IMG/VR virus record: IMGVR_UViG_3300015370_000013
Coordinates: 31,717-95,716 of that record
DNA from: a virus
DNA length: 64,000 nucleotides
Reading direction: 5' to 3' (one strand)
This document shows, piece by piece, positions 11,201-19,904 of this stretch; within the stretch, counting starts at the first letter, position 1, and every line of letters starts with the position of its first letter. The notes beneath the pieces were generated by a model, which saw only the letters and a list, made by a program, of their open reading frames with translations, was not told the origin of the DNA and searched no databases. Made by a program: the position numbers and the translations under genes.

Positions 11201-14200
11201 CAGCCGTCAGCAAGGTAGCGGAGAAGACCGGAAAACCTATCGTTGTTCCGTCGATGTCTGGACGCGATAACGTTAAATGGGCACGAGGGCTCCTAAAAGA
11301 ACACGGGCTCTCGGATAAAGAAATCCTGTACAACCCAGTCACTGGAAAGAACATCGTAGGTCCCGACGGTAAGGGGGTAATGACCGGGAAACAGTACATC
11401 TATAAGTTGTTCAAATCGACGGATACAAACTACGCGGCTCGGGGTATTCAAGACTACGATATCAACTTGCAACCGTCCAAAGGAGGCACAACCGGTGCTA
11501 AATCACTAGGACGCATGGAGATCGACGCGCTCATCGCCCATAACGCACGCGACGTGCTGCGTGAGGCATCTACGATAAAGAGCTCCAGAAACGATGAGTT
11601 CTGGACGCGTTACCAGCTAGGGCAGGCACCGCCCAAGATGCAGACGTCTTTTGCCTACAACAAGTTTACAGACATGTTGCAAGGTGCCGGGATCAAGATC
11701 GACAAGAGTAATGAGAAGCTAACCTTGGGGCCTATGACTGACGCAGACATTACAAAAGTCTCAGCCGGAGCGCTAACCAAGGCCACCATGATCCGCGAGA
11801 AGGATTTCACACCGGAGAGAGGTGGGCTCTTCGACCCTGTAATCACAGGAGGCACACAGGGCAACAGGTGGAGCCATATCGCTCTCACCGAACCCCTTAT
11901 TAACCCCACGTTCGAGGACCCTGTGCGTCGGTTGCTGGGAATGACCAAACAGCAATTCCGTGACACTTTACGCAGTAAAGGGGGAGGCCATATCCAGCAG
12001 CAGCTCAAGGACATTGACGTCACGCAACGAGAGAAGGAGCTTCGTGCAGTCAACCAGACGGCTACCGGTGCGACCCTGGACCAGTCTGTGAAGCAACTCA
12101 AGGCGTTACGGGCGTTGCGCAAGATCGGACTCAGCCCTGACCAAGCGTACGTCGTGAATAAACTTGCGGTTGTTCCCCCTGTAGTGCGTCCCATCCTCCC
12201 TTCCCAAGGTAGACGGGACCTTCTCATCGCCGATGCTAATTACCTGTATCGAGACGCGATGCTTGCCAACGACGCGCTGGCCATGGCCAAAAAAGACCTA
12301 CCCGATGAAGTAGTGGGTGACGCACGCATGGGGTTATACGACTCTACACGTGCGCTATTTGGGCTGGCAGCGCCGGTAAGCCCCCAGCTACAAGCACGCG
12401 ATGCGAAGGGCTTCATCACGACCATCGCCGGACAGGGGTCTCCCAAACGAGGCTTCTTCCACGGAAAGGTCATCAAGCGGCCCCAGAACTTGTCGGGACG
12501 CGGCACGGCAGCTCCCGATATGACCCTCGACATGGATCAGGTGGGCCTACCTGAAGAGATGCTGTGGGCCACCTACGAACCGCATATTGTGCGGCGCATG
12601 GTGCAGAACGGCTACAAGGCGATGCTTGCCAAAGAGATGGTGGAAGCCCGCCACTCCGTCGCCCGAGACGCACTCATGGTAGAGACGAAGCTGCGCCCGG
12701 TGATCATCAACAGGGCACCTACGCTGCATCGTTTTGGGATGGTCGGTGCGCACCCTGTACCTGTCCCTGGGATGACAATCAGGGTTAATCCGTTTATTGA
12801 GAAAGGGCTCAACCTCGATTTTGACGGGGATTCGGTCGATTGTGACCTTGACACATACCAAAAAAGTGAGTATATTCGACTCCACATTAGTAATTTCCCC
12901 CGACAGGAGTCGAGTATGGAACGTAAAGACAACAAAGAAACATACACCGTGCCTCCCGGAATCCAAGTCTTCAGCTACGACGAAGGCACTAGACGCGCCG
13001 TACTACGCGACGTGACCCACTTCTCCGTACACCACGACCTGGAGATGTTAGACGTCGCACTCTCGTCGAAGCGGCACGTCAAGGTATCTCGCGACGCCAG
13101 TATGTACGCCGTAAATCCAGATACTTGGGTTCTTGAACGTGTTAACGCAGAAGACGCCATTGGTTGGGCCACACCGCGTCCTCGTTACCTACACCAGGAG
13201 CGTACGCCGCTTGAAACAGTGGCACTCCCTAAACACACATGGACGTTGGACGCCGCGTTAGGTCAGTTTTTGGGCACCTTCGTGGGCGATGGTTGGGTGT
13301 CCGGTGAAATGTCAAAACACCGTGAGAACCCGTACTGGTATTGGAAAACGGTGGGCCTCGCCAACACCGAAGTTGAGATTAAAGATGCGTACGTTCAGTA
13401 CGCTCAAACGCTCATGTCCGAACCGTTGAACGCTTTGCGCTACGACACCAAAGCCACGGACAAGGGGAGTTATGGTGACTCTACTAAATATCACTTAAAT
13501 TCAATGGAGCTAGCGAGTAAAGTAGCCGAACTGATGGACGATGTACGTGGTGCACACAATAAACACCTCCCCCGCTGTTTCGTCAACGCACCCCGTCCGT
13601 TTCTTCTCGGCCTACTGGGTGGGCTCATCGATACCGACGGGAGTATCTCTAAAGTCCAGGCCAAAGCCAAACCGAAGCCCCAGTGGATGTGTAATTACAC
13701 GAGCGTGTCCAAACGTTTAGTCGATGAGATTGCGGTACTCCTGACTATGCTCGGGGTTAAGAGCGGTATCAACCACAACAAACTACGAGAGGGGAAACGC
13801 CAAGCGTATACGTTGACAATCTCACTGCCAGACCTAGCACGTATCGGACACGAAATACCTCTCGCTAGCACACACAAACGTGAACTCCTACAACAGATGG
13901 TCACCGAATTTGACCAAGAGAGCGTGTACAACATGCGTTGGGATAATGTACCTATATCTACTGAGACGGCACTAGCGCTGGCATGTGCTGTAGGTAGCCC
14001 CAAACACGGCGACACCCCTGAAAAACGAGCACGTATAACACTATATATGCAACTCCACAAAAGTAAGAAAAACCAGCGACTCTCTCGCCTCGCCCTTCAA
14101 CGTACCGTTGATTGCCTCGGAGCGGAGCACGTCATCGCTGAGGGAGGGGAGAACTGGTTCAACCTCGTCACAAACGAAAACATCTTTTTTGATTTCATTG

Positions 14201-14553
14201 AAGAAGCAAACCAACTCCCCGGGCGCCACACCGCGTGGGATTTAACGGTGCCTGGTAGCAACACTTTCATGACGTCCAACCAGGTCGTTGTGTACGACAC
14301 CCTCCAAATCCACGTACCCGTCTCAGACGGTGCGATCAAGGACACCAAGAGCATCACCCTCTCCAACCAGCTATTTGGGGACAAAACCAAGTCAGATCTG
14401 CTAGTATTCCCACAGCACGAAGCGATCATTGGGATCCACGAGGCGAGCCGTGCTACTGGTGGTAAACTGCAGAAGTTCAAGACGACAGCCGACGCGCTCG
14501 CTGCGTACAAGCGTGGTGAGATCAAGATCGAAGATAAAGTGGAAATAGGATGA
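8221..14553 (+). CDS. Phage multisubunit RNA polymerase: full beta fused to N-terminal half of beta', containing two inteins
   Basis: beta motifs GQIPY..TFVVDGNE, RVTSLGEGG, GRTPE, GDKLSGRYGNKGVIS, LGRMEIDAL; beta' motifs PERGGLF, VPPVVRP, NRAPTLHR and catalytic NLDFDGD. Confidence 0.93.
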   Translation: MPRLTSTLTDAVTKREDIHRKAVEGLQDVFPIQAGELSVEIENPYVQAKDFSSRAQKDAILHGHTLQEPLRADVLIKRDGKVIDRKKAMTLGQIPYFNQRHTFVVDGNEYSVSNQKRVRPGVYTRVRGNEQLEAAFNLGKGENFRINMDPAKGHMFLQYGSTNIPLYPILKQMGVNDTELKKHWGAGMVDLNRDAFKTKQDASVTKLYERLVPAYQRTATVSDSMGREIQKRYQDTQLDPEVTEKTLGKGFKHVTPETMMLASKKLLDVHRKGEDTDDRDSLAFQTLHGVEDFLKERIQLEGRRLQRKVRIKASSQQQNPTVEKIMPAAPFTRSLRNFLTTATLSAIPAQINPIEILDSAVRVTSLGEGGIGSERAVPSEARRLHHTHFGVLDPGRTPECHSSDTEVYTKQGWKYWSEVTEQDLLACKINGQPRFHRPKHLVAMHYCGPMLGLETEETGYLVTPNHRMRCQHPNKASWCIEYAEDIHHKPRVFDIGYKIPHVTDETVHGYFEQAYDDLVYCAEVPGGLLYTRRKGKPPLWLGNSFRAGIDLRTSIWTKKDNQGHMYTLMRNARTGKLEDVPLRTLEHSTIAFSGEADKQRNVSAMRMGEIRSVSRKDVDYDLPHPSFQFSPATNLVPMPESLQGNRIILGSKMATQALPLVGREAPLVQVQSFNPGRTFEQELADRIVPSAPVSGKIKKIDEDYIYLRPDGRKSAAVSDYPPWWETQSVLTEKNAEVGGVPLIKIPYDTNFPLASKTRLHNTIIVKEGDHVDAKQHLAGSNFTKDGVLALGKNLQVGYMAYYGANSNDAVVISAGGAIKLTSEHMYKESIALDDDVVMDKNKHRARFGMKWTAKQYDNLDEKGVAKSGVTVQPGDPIIIVLRKTQPTAEQKMLGKLHRSLTMPFREDVVTWEHKSPGTVMDVVVTPRRVLVTVATEEAAGVGDKLSGRYGNKGVISQIIPDDQMVQTPDGKPIDILMTSAGIVSRINPAQIIETAVSKVAEKTGKPIVVPSMSGRDNVKWARGLLKEHGLSDKEILYNPVTGKNIVGPDGKGVMTGKQYIYKLFKSTDTNYAARGIQDYDINLQPSKGGTTGAKSLGRMEIDALIAHNARDVLREASTIKSSRNDEFWTRYQLGQAPPKMQTSFAYNKFTDMLQGAGIKIDKSNEKLTLGPMTDADITKVSAGALTKATMIREKDFTPERGGLFDPVITGGTQGNRWSHIALTEPLINPTFEDPVRRLLGMTKQQFRDTLRSKGGGHIQQQLKDIDVTQREKELRAVNQTATGATLDQSVKQLKALRALRKIGLSPDQAYVVNKLAVVPPVVRPILPSQGRRDLLIADANYLYRDAMLANDALAMAKKDLPDEVVGDARMGLYDSTRALFGLAAPVSPQLQARDAKGFITTIAGQGSPKRGFFHGKVIKRPQNLSGRGTAAPDMTLDMDQVGLPEEMLWATYEPHIVRRMVQNGYKAMLAKEMVEARHSVARDALMVETKLRPVIINRAPTLHRFGMVGAHPVPVPGMTIRVNPFIEKGLNLDFDGDSVDCDLDTYQKSEYIRLHISNFPRQESSMERKDNKETYTVPPGIQVFSYDEGTRRAVLRDVTHFSVHHDLEMLDVALSSKRHVKVSRDASMYAVNPDTWVLERVNAEDAIGWATPRPRYLHQERTPLETVALPKHTWTLDAALGQFLGTFVGDGWVSGEMSKHRENPYWYWKTVGLANTEVEIKDAYVQYAQTLMSEPLNALRYDTKATDKGSYGDSTKYHLNSMELASKVAELMDDVRGAHNKHLPRCFVNAPRPFLLGLLGGLIDTDGSISKVQAKAKPKPQWMCNYTSVSKRLVDEIAVLLTMLGVKSGINHNKLREGKRQAYTLTISLPDLARIGHEIPLASTHKRELLQQMVTEFDQESVYNMRWDNVPISTETALALACAVGSPKHGDTPEKRARITLYMQLHKSKKNQRLSRLALQRTVDCLGAEHVIAEGGENWFNLVTNENIFFDFIEEANQLPGRHTAWDLTVPGSNTFMTSNQVVVYDTLQIHVPVSDGAIKDTKSITLSNQLFGDKTKSDLLVFPQHEAIIGIHEASRATGGKLQKFKTTADALAAYKRGEIKIEDKVEIG
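9418..9849 (+). mobile_element. Mini-intein (144 aa, no endonuclease) in the beta subunit
   Basis: Starts CHSSDTEVYT, block B VTPNHRM, ends YCAEVP...LGN/S; removal restores GRTPE-SFRAG. Confidence 0.88.
12832..14298 (+). mobile_element. Intein (489 aa) with LAGLIDADG homing endonuclease, inserted immediately after catalytic DFDGD
   Basis: LGTFVGDG and LGGLIDTDG motifs; ends AWDLTVPGSNTF...VYD/T; removal restores NLDFDGD-TLQIHVP. Confidence 0.9.
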
Positions 14554-15452
14554 GCCTCGCACCCGAAGTACTACAAGACGTCGCACGCAACACGCTCGTT
14601 ACTACTTTAGGCTTGGGTCGGCGTGATGCGCCCACCGCTTTACTGCGTAAAACACTCACCAAAGCCAAGGAAGACGGTCAAATCGCAGCGCTGGAGGACG
14701 TTGGGTTGGAGCAGCAAGCAAAGCAAGCCGAGAATAGAGAAAGTACACTAGAGAAGTGTGGCTTCAGTATTCCAAGTGCAGTACGTCTAGGGCTTATCGG
14801 TAGTGCACTGGGTGCCGGTACAGGTGCGCTGATCGGGTCACAGGTGGGTGGGGGTAACGCACTGACAGGTGGACTTATCGGTGGAGGCACAGGTGCGCTA
14901 CTCGGAGCAGCCCCTGGACTCACAACGGCGTTTCGGCAACACAGGGCTTCGGTCCGTCGGGCATATCTAGAGAAGTGGACCCAGAAAGCGACGAAGGACT
15001 ACGCACAGCAGCTCGATGATGAACTGTTACAGTGGGAGGCCCAAAGAGCGGTCCGCGCCCAACAAAATGCCAAGGAACTACAACGATTACAGAAAATACA
15101 CGATGCACTACCACCCCTGGTAAAGTTTAGCTTTAACCGCAGTGGTGGTTTTGGTAGCCCCTTCAGCGCAGGGGCGGGGAGTGCTATTCAAGACATCATC
15201 GGTCCTCCCAAAATACCAAAACCCATGGGACCCCAGGTAGCCAAGCCGCCGCAACCCGGTGCGATGGCAAAAGCACCCACAACCATGGCACCTACAACCG
15301 CGACCGCACCGAAGATTCCCAAGGTGCCGGAGCTACCCAAACCTCTAAAAGCGCTACCTCCTCCTACAGCACCTAACGTTGCAGCGGGCGCAACACCTAA
15401 CGGTGGGATTACAATGAGTGCCAAGGTGGCGTGGGCGGTGTTGGGGTTATGA
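14550..15452 (+). CDS. Putative virion protein with tag motif, glycine zipper and Pro-rich tail
   Basis: KEDGQIAALEDVGL, then GxxxG repeats. Confidence 0.7.
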   Translation: MSLAPEVLQDVARNTLVTTLGLGRRDAPTALLRKTLTKAKEDGQIAALEDVGLEQQAKQAENRESTLEKCGFSIPSAVRLGLIGSALGAGTGALIGSQVGGGNALTGGLIGGGTGALLGAAPGLTTAFRQHRASVRRAYLEKWTQKATKDYAQQLDDELLQWEAQRAVRAQQNAKELQRLQKIHDALPPLVKFSFNRSGGFGSPFSAGAGSAIQDIIGPPKIPKPMGPQVAKPPQPGAMAKAPTTMAPTTATAPKIPKVPELPKPLKALPPPTAPNVAAGATPNGGITMSAKVAWAVLGL

Positions 15453-16723
15453 GCTTCGAAGACGGGGAATATGCGGCGCTAGAGGTGTTGGGGTTCGCCC
15501 CCGGCATCCCCAATCGCACCACCTCCAAGCTACCCACCATCACCCGTAAGACACAGAACCAGTGGGTGATGGCGGTGCAGTCGCATAAGGCCCGGCAGCA
15601 TCACTTCGACCTACGCCTCGTCGACCCTGATGCAGGAAAGGCACACTCCTGGGCTATCCCCAAGGCACGTTTGCCTGAACCGGGACAGAAACTCCTTGCA
15701 GTGCAGACCTTCACGCACACACCGGAATACGCACTTCATTTCGGAGAGGGAAAACCAGCGACCATCGGTAAGGGATACGGTGCGGGGACGGTTCATCTCA
15801 AAATGAAGAACCCGATTGAGCTTATTGAGTCCACACAGAATAAGGTTCGTTTCGGCCTCAAGCAAGAAGAGTTTCTCTTGCGACGAACTAATAAAGATAA
15901 GTGGCTGTTGATGAACGTGACGCAGCAACAGGAGAAGGAAGCGACGATGACATACTACACCAAAGGCCGCGACGCAGCATTGCAGAAACTGGGAGGCGTA
16001 GGCGGTGCACTGCGTACGCTATTCACAGGACGTGTGCCACTCTATCACGGCACGTCCACAGCACGCGCTGCGAAGATATTAGAAGAAGGTCTAATACCGC
16101 AAGCAGCGGAGGGTGCCACTGCAAACGTACTTAAAAACGTATCTGCAGGTATGGCAGAAGCCATGCAACCGTGGCAAATGGCTGAACGCAATTTAGCCTT
16201 TACTACACGCAACCCCACTTTAGCTAAAACGTACGGTATGCAACAAGCAGGGCGTGATCGTTACGATCGTCTAGGTACAGCTCTACAACGTGTATTAGGT
16301 GAACAAGGGTCTCCCCTACAGATGAACGCAATCAATCTCCTCGGTATCCTCCCTGGTGGAAAACGAGCTCTTCGGGCTAACGTCCCCCGAAGCTACATAC
16401 ACAACGCTGAACATCTTTCACTAGAAGCGCGGTTGAACCCAGGTTTTATAGACTACCGTGCCCGTGTGCAGCATGCAAACCCTACAGTGAAGCGTCTTTT
16501 ACAGGAAACAACCGCGATGCCCTACGCGACAGACGTCGTCTTAAAGGGCGGTGTTCCTGCAAAATATTTTCGGGGATCCCCACAGTATCAGGGCGTAACA
16601 CCTTCGGAACTAACACAGCATTTTCGCGAAGCTGTGTCTAATCCGAGGCAGTTAGGTGGAGACGTTTTACGATCTTTGACGGGTTACTCTCACCGCCCTG
16701 GTACCTTAATTAAAGGCCCGTAA
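15449..16723 (+). CDS. Two-module protein: LigD-type 3'-phosphoesterase domain plus ADP-ribosyltransferase-like domain, each behind a tag motif
   Basis: HKARQHHFDLRL..SWAIPK..LAVQT..H..Y..GYGAG (LigD PE); LYHGTS..I..EGL..FTT..A..Y (ART-fold-like). Confidence 0.75.
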   Translation: MSFEDGEYAALEVLGFAPGIPNRTTSKLPTITRKTQNQWVMAVQSHKARQHHFDLRLVDPDAGKAHSWAIPKARLPEPGQKLLAVQTFTHTPEYALHFGEGKPATIGKGYGAGTVHLKMKNPIELIESTQNKVRFGLKQEEFLLRRTNKDKWLLMNVTQQQEKEATMTYYTKGRDAALQKLGGVGGALRTLFTGRVPLYHGTSTARAAKILEEGLIPQAAEGATANVLKNVSAGMAEAMQPWQMAERNLAFTTRNPTLAKTYGMQQAGRDRYDRLGTALQRVLGEQGSPLQMNAINLLGILPGGKRALRANVPRSYIHNAEHLSLEARLNPGFIDYRARVQHANPTVKRLLQETTAMPYATDVVLKGGVPAKYFRGSPQYQGVTPSELTQHFREAVSNPRQLGGDVLRSLTGYSHRPGTLIKGP

Positions 16724-16729
16724 TAAACA

Positions 16730-16758
16730 TTGCCCTTTACTCCGTAAACCCTTACGCT
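16730..16758 (+). promoter_or_regulatory. sigma70-like promoter with a TTTAC-N3-GTAAA palindrome in its spacer
   Basis: TTGCCC-N17-TACGCT. Confidence 0.5.
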
Positions 16759-16788
16759 TCCCCTTAACAACACCAAGGAGATCTACCT

Positions 16789-17430
16789 ATGAAACGCACA
16801 ATGTTCTACGCCGCAGTCTTCGTCCTTTGCCTTGCTGTGTCCCCCCTGGTTTTTGCACAGGACGCCGCACCCAAGAAGGACGCTGTGGTTCAGGTCGCCC
16901 CCGTCAAGGACGCGGCGGCACCCGCACCTACGCCGATTCCTGCACCCGTAGCCACGATCACCCCCGTCGTTGCTCCCGTTGCTGAGACAACCCAAACCTG
17001 GTGGCAAGCACTGCTGCTCCCCGTTCTCAGTGCGCTGGGCCTCGCGCTCGCCGCGTTCCTGACTGTCGGTCTACGCAAACTGGTACAGCTCATCGAGCGG
17101 AAATGGAGTATCGATATCCCCAACGCAGTGGAGAACCAAATCTCTATACAGGCGCAGCTGCTACTCGCTTGGGCAGAAGAGAAAGCAGAGAACCGGCTCT
17201 TGAACGGTGATGGTAAACCCACACCGGGTGCGGAGAAGATCACGTCTGTAGTTAACGCTTTGGAAGCCTTCGTCGCAGCACGTGGTTGGAGTAAAGAATG
17301 GCAACGTGATAAGCTGGAGATGTTAGCTGAAGGCATCCTACACATGGAACGTAGCGATAACGCAGGCATCGGGACTACCAGCGGTGACCGAAAAGTACGT
17401 TTGGACGCCGTGGTGAAAAGCGAAAAATGA
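16789..17430 (+). CDS. Membrane protein, possibly holin (LL-H-like) with a signal peptide
   Basis: Signal peptide ending VFA, Pro/Ala linker, one TM helix, AEEKA...GAEK segment; strong RBS. Confidence 0.5.
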   Translation: MKRTMFYAAVFVLCLAVSPLVFAQDAAPKKDAVVQVAPVKDAAAPAPTPIPAPVATITPVVAPVAETTQTWWQALLLPVLSALGLALAAFLTVGLRKLVQLIERKWSIDIPNAVENQISIQAQLLLAWAEEKAENRLLNGDGKPTPGAEKITSVVNALEAFVAARGWSKEWQRDKLEMLAEGILHMERSDNAGIGTTSGDRKVRLDAVVKSEK

Positions 17431-17735
17431 TCCACACAGCTTCGTACAAACAAGGTGCTCTTCGAGCGCTGGACGACCTCGGGATGAATCTGGAGGAGCT
17501 ACGTGCTCCGTATCCCAGTAAAAATCCGGAGTTACCTGCGGAACGGTTAAGCCGCATGTTACAGAAGTCTGAAGAAACGGACATACCCAGGCACATTGCA
17601 CCCGATAATAAGGGTAGTTACCGTGAGGACCGACTTGACCGACCGGTTACCTGGAGTGCACCTACGAATATCTCCAACATGTACAACGGTCAGCGCGTTC
17701 CTGGTCTCATGCTACCGGGGAGTCCTCGAAGCTGA
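17427..17735 (+). CDS. Small putative virion protein with tag motif
   Basis: N-terminal SYKQGALRALDDLG. Confidence 0.65.
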   Translation: MIHTASYKQGALRALDDLGMNLEELRAPYPSKNPELPAERLSRMLQKSEETDIPRHIAPDNKGSYREDRLDRPVTWSAPTNISNMYNGQRVPGLMLPGSPRS

Positions 17736-19501
17736 TGCCCCCCACAACCCTCGGTCTGCTACTACTAAACGACGTCCTACCTGCAGAATACCAAATCAAA
17801 GGATCCATCTCCAAGAAGCAACTTCAGGGGATGATGACCGAACTGGCGCGAACCGATCCTCAGCAGTACGTCAAAACGATCAGCACACTCAAACGCGTTG
17901 GCGACGCAGTTGCAACAGACGTCGGCATAACTGTAGGGCTGGACGACATCGAACCCGATCGGAAAGTACGTGATGCGATTTTGGAACCGGCTCTAGCGCG
18001 GATAAAGAAAACAACAAATGTAGCTGAGCGAATCAAAATTGTCGAAGCAACACAAAAACTTCTGTTGGAGAGCACCAAGAAACATCCGGGACAAATGACC
18101 CCCATGGCGTTGAGCGGCGCACGCGGCAACATTGCCGCACTCATGCGCACTGTAACATCACCCGCCGCAGCTCAAGACGAAGCAGGGCGCACGATACCGT
18201 GGCTCATCAGTAAAAGCTACGCCGAGGGGTTGAAACCCGCAGACGCCTGGACGGCACTTACTGAGTCCCGGCGTAACGCGATTGCCAGTTTCACCTCTGT
18301 CGCTGCCCCTGGAGAAATTAACAAGATCATTGTCAACAACATGTCCGACCAAATGATCACCATCCCCGACTGTGGTACCAAGAACGGCATCGTTGTAGAC
18401 GCAGCACATGCAATAGACCGCTACACAGCGGAAACCGGGCAACTGGTCACCCCACAGGACACGCAGAAGAAAACACAGTTTAAAGTACGCTCCCCTATGA
18501 CCTGTGAAGCACCGGACGGTATCTGTCAAAAGTGTTACGGACTTAACACCAAAGGTAACAACCCTGCGTTGGGCACAAACGTAGGTATAATCGCAGCACA
18601 CGCTATGGGTGAACCCGTAACACAGATGGCTCTGAGTGCTAAACACGGCGGAAGCGTCGCATACGGTGCTAAACCGACGTTGTCGGGGTTATCTGGTCTC
18701 AAACAAATCACTGAAATCCCCCAAGCATTCTTAAACGAGGCGACGTTATCACCTGCACGTGGCACGGTCTCTGCGATTAAAAAAGCGCCACAGGGTGGTT
18801 ACTACGTCCATGTTCAAGATCACCAAGAGTATGTCCCACCGAACTTGCGTGTGACTGTTCACCTCGGAGATAAAGTACAGGCTGGAGATGTTTTGTCTGA
18901 AGGGATTCCGAAGCCTGATAAAATCATCAAGTACAAAGGGTTGGGTGCCGGACGTAAATACTTGACCGAGCAGTTGCACGGGATTTACCAACGAGAGGGG
19001 GTTGACCTGGACCGTCGCCACATCGAGCTTCTCGCCAAGACGGACCTGAATTACATCCGTATAATGGATCGTGACAGTTCCGCTTTGGGCGTCCTACGTG
19101 GAGACATTGTGGACTACAATCAGTTCCGTAAACATCTGGCCAGTACAGCAAAAACAGTTCCGATAGCCGAGGCCCGAGGAAAGACGTTGGGGAACAACGT
19201 GCTACATCACGTTGCAGGGACCCGAGTTACGGGAGATATGTTGCGTGAATTCACACGGAACAATATTCAAACGGTACCAATCGCAGCTCGTGCTATACTC
19301 CACGAACCTGTGATGAAACCCATCAGCCGCACACCTCTACTGCACCCTGACTTCTTGGCCCGTTTGGCCCACCGCAATCTGAAAACCACCCTTTTGGAGG
19401 GTGCAGCTTTTGGCGACCAGTCCAATTTACATGGAACCCACCCCATCCCGGCCTTCATCTTTGGTGAGGAGTTTGGCGAGGGGCCGAACAATCGCTATTA
19501 A
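17735..19501 (+). CDS. Phage RNA polymerase beta' C-terminal subunit
   Basis: SGARG, SYAEGL, DCGT, VRSPMTC...ICQKCYG, GEPVTQ...KHGG (trigger loop), RRHIELL. Confidence 0.92.
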   Translation: MPPTTLGLLLLNDVLPAEYQIKGSISKKQLQGMMTELARTDPQQYVKTISTLKRVGDAVATDVGITVGLDDIEPDRKVRDAILEPALARIKKTTNVAERIKIVEATQKLLLESTKKHPGQMTPMALSGARGNIAALMRTVTSPAAAQDEAGRTIPWLISKSYAEGLKPADAWTALTESRRNAIASFTSVAAPGEINKIIVNNMSDQMITIPDCGTKNGIVVDAAHAIDRYTAETGQLVTPQDTQKKTQFKVRSPMTCEAPDGICQKCYGLNTKGNNPALGTNVGIIAAHAMGEPVTQMALSAKHGGSVAYGAKPTLSGLSGLKQITEIPQAFLNEATLSPARGTVSAIKKAPQGGYYVHVQDHQEYVPPNLRVTVHLGDKVQAGDVLSEGIPKPDKIIKYKGLGAGRKYLTEQLHGIYQREGVDLDRRHIELLAKTDLNYIRIMDRDSSALGVLRGDIVDYNQFRKHLASTAKTVPIAEARGKTLGNNVLHHVAGTRVTGDMLREFTRNNIQTVPIAARAILHEPVMKPISRTPLLHPDFLARLAHRNLKTTLLEGAAFGDQSNLHGTHPIPAFIFGEEFGEGPNNRY

Positions 19502-19523
19502 AAGACTTGGAAATTGAGAATAC

Positions 19524-19552
19524 TTGACATCTAGGTTGATCCCCTGTACTTT
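19524..19552 (+). promoter_or_regulatory. sigma70-like promoter
   Basis: TTGACA-N17-TACTTT; predicted start about 19559, at the first hairpin of RNA A. Confidence 0.7.
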
Positions 19553-19559
19553 TTAAAAG

Positions 19560-19696
19560 ATCGCAGCCTATGCGATAACAGCCCAGTGCCAAGGAAGCTC
19601 TGGTTTTGACCTTAAAAATCAAAACGAAACTGCCTTTTGATTGGGAATTGAGCATTTGTGTTAACTAAGGTTGACATGGTTTCAGTCTCGAATGGG
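19560..19696 (+). ncRNA. Structured RNA A, divergent homologue of the TnpB omegaRNA-like scaffold
   Basis: Shares GAAGCTCTG...GAAACTG core with copies B and C; flanking stems differ in sequence but keep pairing. Confidence 0.6.
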
Positions 19697-19723
19697 ATAT
19701 ATTTAGAGGGCCTAATCTCCAAG

Positions 19724-19895
19724 GAGTGCGGTTTGTTCATCGATACGATAAACCTTTCAAGACTAGGGGCAGGTAGCTCCGATGTTAAGCCGGTGAAGAT
19801 AGAAGCTCTGACTGATCGAAATTTGGTCAGTGAAACTGATGTCTACGAAGCCGGAACAGTGCTTGGGTAAATTTGTCCAAGTGTCTGAAACCAGG
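19724..19895 (+). ncRNA. Decayed tnpB 3' remnant with omegaRNA-like scaffold B (19766-19895)
   Basis: Translates ECG...INLSRL...VKPVKIEAL...EAG; near-copy of 43069-43215 on the minus strand. Confidence 0.7.
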
Positions 19896-19904
19896 ACAGT
19901 CGTC

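Noticed and set aside
19801-19840. Hammerhead ribozyme (CTGA...GAAAC)
   Set aside because: Core is CUGAUCGA and is paired in a stem; copy A lacks it; tnpB tail homology explains the sequence better.
19658-19904. 70-aa ORF at 19658 and the N-terminal extension of ORF 19830
   Set aside because: These read through the RNA scaffold and a decayed tnpB tail; the real start is the ATG at 19905.
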